The notes beneath the pieces are model-generated. The model ran no database searches and was not told the origin of the DNA. It was given only the letters and a program-made list of their open reading frames with translations. This document shows, in pieces, positions 48,236 to 52,013 of a stretch of DNA of 52,013 nt. The translations under genes were made by a program, and so were the position numbers. The number at the start of each line of letters is the position of its first letter. Positions within the stretch are counted from its first letter, which is position 1. The DNA is from Nitriliruptoraceae bacterium (GTDB lineage: Bacteria; Actinomycetota; Nitriliruptoria; Nitriliruptorales; Nitriliruptoraceae): assembly GCA_035267125.1 (NCBI GenBank), contig DATFMD010000380.1, positions 1 through 52,013 of the forward strand, in the 5' to 3' direction.

Positions 48236-51127
48236 GTGCGTGCGCATGCCCCACGGGATCGCGGGTCGGACACGTCACCTTTCGTGGGCCGCGACGACGC
48301 AACGGACCAACTTGCGCGTGCCCTGGATCGGGCGCATGCCGGTCGGTTCTCGTCCGTGTTCGTCTCCGGTCCGGGCGGGATGGGCAAGTCGCGCCTGGTC
48401 GGGCACTTCCTCGACGGCCGGGACCGACGCATCGGCACGCTTGTCTCGGGCGCATGCCTGGACGAAGGTGGGGACCTCACGCCGTTCGGCGCGGTCGAGC
48501 AGGTCGTGCGCCAACTCGAGGACCAGGCCCTGTCCCTGCCCGATGCCGACGTGCCCGCCGAGCACCGCATCCGCGCCATCGTCGAGGCGATCCGGCTGGC
48601 GGCGCGGTCGAAGCCGGTCGTCGTCATCGTGCTCGAGGACCTGCACTGGGCCGGCGACACGACCCTCGAGTTCATTCGGTTCGCAGCCCATTCGCTGGCC
48701 CGCGAGCCGGTGTTGTTCGTCGGGACCCATCGAGATGGTCGCCACCTGCACCCGCCGTTGCGCCGGGTCCTGACCTCGTTGGCCAGGGACCCGGGCTGCA
48801 CCCGACTCGACCTCGGTCCGTTGGACACCAGCGCGCAACGGCAACTGGTGGCTGCCCGGGCCGGCGGCCGCGTGGACGACGAGATCGTGGACGGACTGGT
48901 CGAACGGTGCGGCGGGATCACCCTGTTCGTCGAGGAGTTGGCGCAGGCCATTGGTTCTGGCGGCAGGCCGGCCATTCCACAACGCCTGCGCGACGTCTTC
49001 GTCGATCGCCTCGGCGAACTCGGCATGGGCGCCCGTGAACTGCTCGACTGGGCGGCGGTCTGTGGACAGCAGTTCCCCCACGAACTGCTCGCGCTGGTCG
49101 CGGAGCTTCCGGTGCCGACACTGGAGAAGCGGATCGACGAGTTGCTGGATGTCGGCATCCTCGTCGTGTCCGACCACGGTCGCGGGTACCGGTTCCGCCA
49201 TGCGCTCCTGCACGAGACCGTTCGGGACGAGCTTCGTCCGATGACGCTGCGCCGCCTCCATGGCGGGTGCGCACGCGTGTTGCAACGTCGACCCGACCTG
49301 ACGCCGGGAGATGCGCTGCCCAGCGCCGACCTCGCGCGTCGCTGGAGCGTCGCTCGGCAGGCGGGGCCGGCGCTGCGTGCCTATGTGCTGGCCACGTCCG
49401 AGGCAACTGATCGTGGTGCCCACGGTGAGGCCGCACGGCTGGCAGCCATCGCCTGCGAGTGGTTCCGGCGGCTGCCGGCCCACGAGCCCGGTGAAGGCGA
49501 CTTCGATGAAGTCGACGTGCTGCTGCGTGCGGCGGACTGCGCCGACCGTGCCGGCGACCACCACGAGGCCATCCGGCGTGGCCGCCAGGCGCTCGCCGTC
49601 GCCGCGTCCGACGACGACTCCCGGGCGGAGTCGTGGATCCTGGTGATCCGGTCGTCGTACCTCGCAGGCGACATCGAGGGCGCGATCGAGGCCGCCGGGG
49701 GTGCCGTTGCGGACCTCCCCGCCGATGGGTCGCCAGGCCTTCGCGCACGGCTGCTGGCGGTCTCGGCAGCATTCCTGCCGACCGAACCGAGCGAGGCCGG
49801 CCCACACCTGACCGACGAGGCGGTGCGCCTCGCTCGCCGGTCGGGCGACCCGAGCGCCCTGTGTGACGCCCTGTGTTCCCATGGTCTCGCACTGGCCCGA
49901 TTCGGTCGTCCACGCGAGGCGCGTACGGCCCTGGCCGAAGCAGAGCGTCATGCGACCGGGCTTTCGGACCCACGTGCGATCCTGCGCCCCACCGTCTTCC
50001 GGATGCTGGTCATGCACGGGAGCGGAGCCACCCACGCCGTGTGTGACATTGGCGGCGACGGGTTTCGCCGGGCGGACGACCTGGGCGTGGCCCGCGGGGT
50101 CGGCCGGGAGATCCGCACGATCCTCGCGGACTGCCTGGTGGCGGTCGGTCGATGGGACGAAGCCGAGCAGGTCGTGTCGGATGGACTTGCCTGGGGCGAC
50201 GACGGTCTTGCCGGCACACTCCTGCAGCTGACCCGTGCCGACCTCGCCACCCTCTCAGGTCGATTCAGCCAGGCGGAACGTGACCTCGCAGCGGTGAGCG
50301 AGCGCGTGCCGCGCGGCCACTTCCGTCTTTCCCTGGCCGCGTCGGAGTTGGCCTGGTGGCGTGGTGATCCCATGGCCAGCCGCGACCATGCGGCCGACGG
50401 ACTCGCACGGGCCGGCCTCCTGGCCGATCCGGACGAACTCGGACGATTGACCCTGTCGTTGGTTCGGGCGTCTCGGTCCGTCGCTCCCGTCGACGTGGGG
50501 ATCCCGCCCCCGGAGGACGTGATGGACACCCTGTCCCGCCGGGCGGGGCATCCGGTCGTCGACGCGTGGTTGGCGACGGCCGCTGCGACCCTGGCCGCCG
50601 ACGGGACGGACGCAGTCGACGCCTGGGAGGGCGCGCGTACGGCGTGGCGGGGCCTGGACCGACCACCGATGGTCGCGCTGGCGACCTGGCACGCGGGGAT
50701 GGCTCACCTGGGTGTCGGTGATCGTGGCACCGCCGGCATCCGGCTCAGCGAGGCGCAGGCGATGGCGGAGGAGATGGGGGCTGTGCCGCTCGCCGTCGAG
50801 GCGCGCGCAGCCCGGTCCACGGCCGGCCTGGGTCCAGCACCGGACTCTTCACCGCCGAACCCACGCAAGCCACCGGAGCCCAGCGTCGCCGGTCTGTGGC
50901 CGGACGCCGCGGACACCGTTCCCGACCATTTCGACCTCACCGACCGAGAAGGGGAGGTCCTGGCGCTGGTGGCCCGCGGCTGGACCAACAAGCGGATCGG
51001 TGAGGAGCTCGTGATCAGCCCGCGCACCGTCAGTACGCACGTTTCACGCATTCTCGACAAGTTGGGGGTCGCGACTCGCGGTGAGGCGGTCGCGCTCCGC
51101 CACGGCTCGACCGTCGGCACCGACTGA
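48236..51127 (+). CDS. Large ATP-binding LuxR-family (LAL-type, AAA ATPase + TPR-like + LuxR HTH) transcriptional regulator
   Basis: AGGAGG RBS. PFVGRD, Walker A GPGGMGKS, Walker B VLEDLHWA, FRHALL, C-terminal LTDREGEVLALVARGWTNKRIGEELVISPRTVSTHVSRILDKLGV. Confidence 0.92.
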   Translation: MRAHAPRDRGSDTSPFVGRDDATDQLARALDRAHAGRFSSVFVSGPGGMGKSRLVGHFLDGRDRRIGTLVSGACLDEGGDLTPFGAVEQVVRQLEDQALSLPDADVPAEHRIRAIVEAIRLAARSKPVVVIVLEDLHWAGDTTLEFIRFAAHSLAREPVLFVGTHRDGRHLHPPLRRVLTSLARDPGCTRLDLGPLDTSAQRQLVAARAGGRVDDEIVDGLVERCGGITLFVEELAQAIGSGGRPAIPQRLRDVFVDRLGELGMGARELLDWAAVCGQQFPHELLALVAELPVPTLEKRIDELLDVGILVVSDHGRGYRFRHALLHETVRDELRPMTLRRLHGGCARVLQRRPDLTPGDALPSADLARRWSVARQAGPALRAYVLATSEATDRGAHGEAARLAAIACEWFRRLPAHEPGEGDFDEVDVLLRAADCADRAGDHHEAIRRGRQALAVAASDDDSRAESWILVIRSSYLAGDIEGAIEAAGGAVADLPADGSPGLRARLLAVSAAFLPTEPSEAGPHLTDEAVRLARRSGDPSALCDALCSHGLALARFGRPREARTALAEAERHATGLSDPRAILRPTVFRMLVMHGSGATHAVCDIGGDGFRRADDLGVARGVGREIRTILADCLVAVGRWDEAEQVVSDGLAWGDDGLAGTLLQLTRADLATLSGRFSQAERDLAAVSERVPRGHFRLSLAASELAWWRGDPMASRDHAADGLARAGLLADPDELGRLTLSLVRASRSVAPVDVGIPPPEDVMDTLSRRAGHPVVDAWLATAAATLAADGTDAVDAWEGARTAWRGLDRPPMVALATWHAGMAHLGVGDRGTAGIRLSEAQAMAEEMGAVPLAVEARAARSTAGLGPAPDSSPPNPRKPPEPSVAGLWPDAADTVPDHFDLTDREGEVLALVARGWTNKRIGEELVISPRTVSTHVSRILDKLGVATRGEAVALRHGSTVGTD

Positions 51128-51296
51128 CGACTGCTGCCCGTGTGGCAGCCGGCCGACCCGGCCGCGGCGGTCGCACGGTGGGCACGGGCCTTCGTTGCAG
51201 TCGGCGTGGACGCGCCACATGAGCGAGTCCGCAACTGTGGCCGCGGTGGCAAGTATCGTCGCTCGCATCAGTCCGTCGACGCTGCCAGGAGTCCCG

Positions 51297-52013
51297 ATGC
51301 CCCGGCGCATCCGTATCGGCATCGACACCGGTGGGACCTTCACCGACGTCGTGGCCTTCGACCAGGACACCGGTGCCCTGGCCACCACCAAGACCCCTTC
51401 CACGCCGCTGGACCCGGCCGCCGGGTTCATGGAGGGGGTGGACAAGATCCTCCGCCAAATCAGTGCCGAGGGCACCGACGTGTCGGCCGTGAGTCATGGC
51501 ACCACGGTGGCGACGAACGACCTGCTGGAGGACAAGGTCGCCCACATGGGACTGATCACGTCCGAGGGATACCGCCACATCCTGGAGATCGCGCGCCAGA
51601 GCGTGCCGGACGGCTACGGCAACTCCTACTTCTGGGTCAAACCGGACAGGATCGTGCCCGTCGACCGGGTCAGGGAGGTCACGGGTCGCCTGGACGTGAC
51701 GGGCGTCGAGGTGCGCCCGTTGGACGATGAGCAGGTCCGCACCGTGGCCCGGTGGTTCCGGGAGCAGGGCATCGACACGCTCGGTGTCTGCCTGCTGCAT
51801 TCGTATGCCAATGCCGCCCACGAGGAGGCCGTGCGGGCGATCCTCGCCCAGGAACATCCCGACGCGACCGTGTCGCTGTCCTCGGAGGTCCTGCGCGAGT
51901 ACCGCGAGTACGAGCGCACGGTCACCACGCTGGTCGACGCGTCGGTCAAGCCGAAGGTCGCCGCCTACATCGGCGCCATCTCGCAGCGTCTGGACGCCTA
52001 CACGACAGTCGAG
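51297..52013 (+). CDS. Hydantoinase/oxoprolinase family protein, A subunit (partial, runs off the window)
   Basis: AGGAG RBS. MPRRIRIGIDTGGTFTDVV, KTPSTP, HGTTVATN, CLLHSYANAAHE, EYREYERTVTT. Open to the edge, so absent from the ORF track. Confidence 0.93.
   Translation, partial: MPRRIRIGIDTGGTFTDVVAFDQDTGALATTKTPSTPLDPAAGFMEGVDKILRQISAEGTDVSAVSHGTTVATNDLLEDKVAHMGLITSEGYRHILEIARQSVPDGYGNSYFWVKPDRIVPVDRVREVTGRLDVTGVEVRPLDDEQVRTVARWFREQGIDTLGVCLLHSYANAAHEEAVRAILAQEHPDATVSLSSEVLREYREYERTVTTLVDASVKPKVAAYIGAISQRLDAYTTVE

Noticed and set aside
22600-51296. Mobile element or genomic island with att sites
   Set aside because: No integrase, transposase, tRNA or flanking direct repeat was found by eye. 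Horizontal origin remains untested.

Overview
High-GC window that reads as actinobacterial: GC-rich third codon positions, GGAGG RBSs, TANNNT -10 boxes and acidic low-complexity linkers. A halotolerant lineage such as Nitriliruptoria is plausible but is inference only. The left half (1-22.6 kb) is metabolic or housekeeping. It holds a cupin gene remnant, a xanthine-oxidase-family molybdenum hydroxylase operon (M-S-L-CoxG; PYRGAGR loop, so not a form I CO dehydrogenase), an atypical AroK-like kinase plus SRPBCC pair, a FAD dehydrogenase, pyrF and a thiolase/FabG4-like/MaoC operon. It also holds a Dpp/Opp-type ABC importer whose lipoprotein binding protein appears circularly permuted, and small PspC, NUDIX and membrane-protein genes. 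The right half (22.7-51.1 kb) is a three-gene extracellular module. A secreted TSP3/Cys-repeat/pentapeptide protein is transcribed divergently from a ~7,645-aa Sec-signal giant protein (N-terminal metzincin motif, beta-solenoid repeats, RTX repeats, five DUF11-like repeats, TPGFWK C-terminal domain). Two copies of a TGTACGTCATTTG(G/A)CG operator-like motif lie between them, and an AAA-ATPase/LuxR regulator follows the giant gene. A hydantoinase/oxoprolinase gene runs off the right edge. No rRNA, tRNA, CRISPR array, transposase or integrase was seen.
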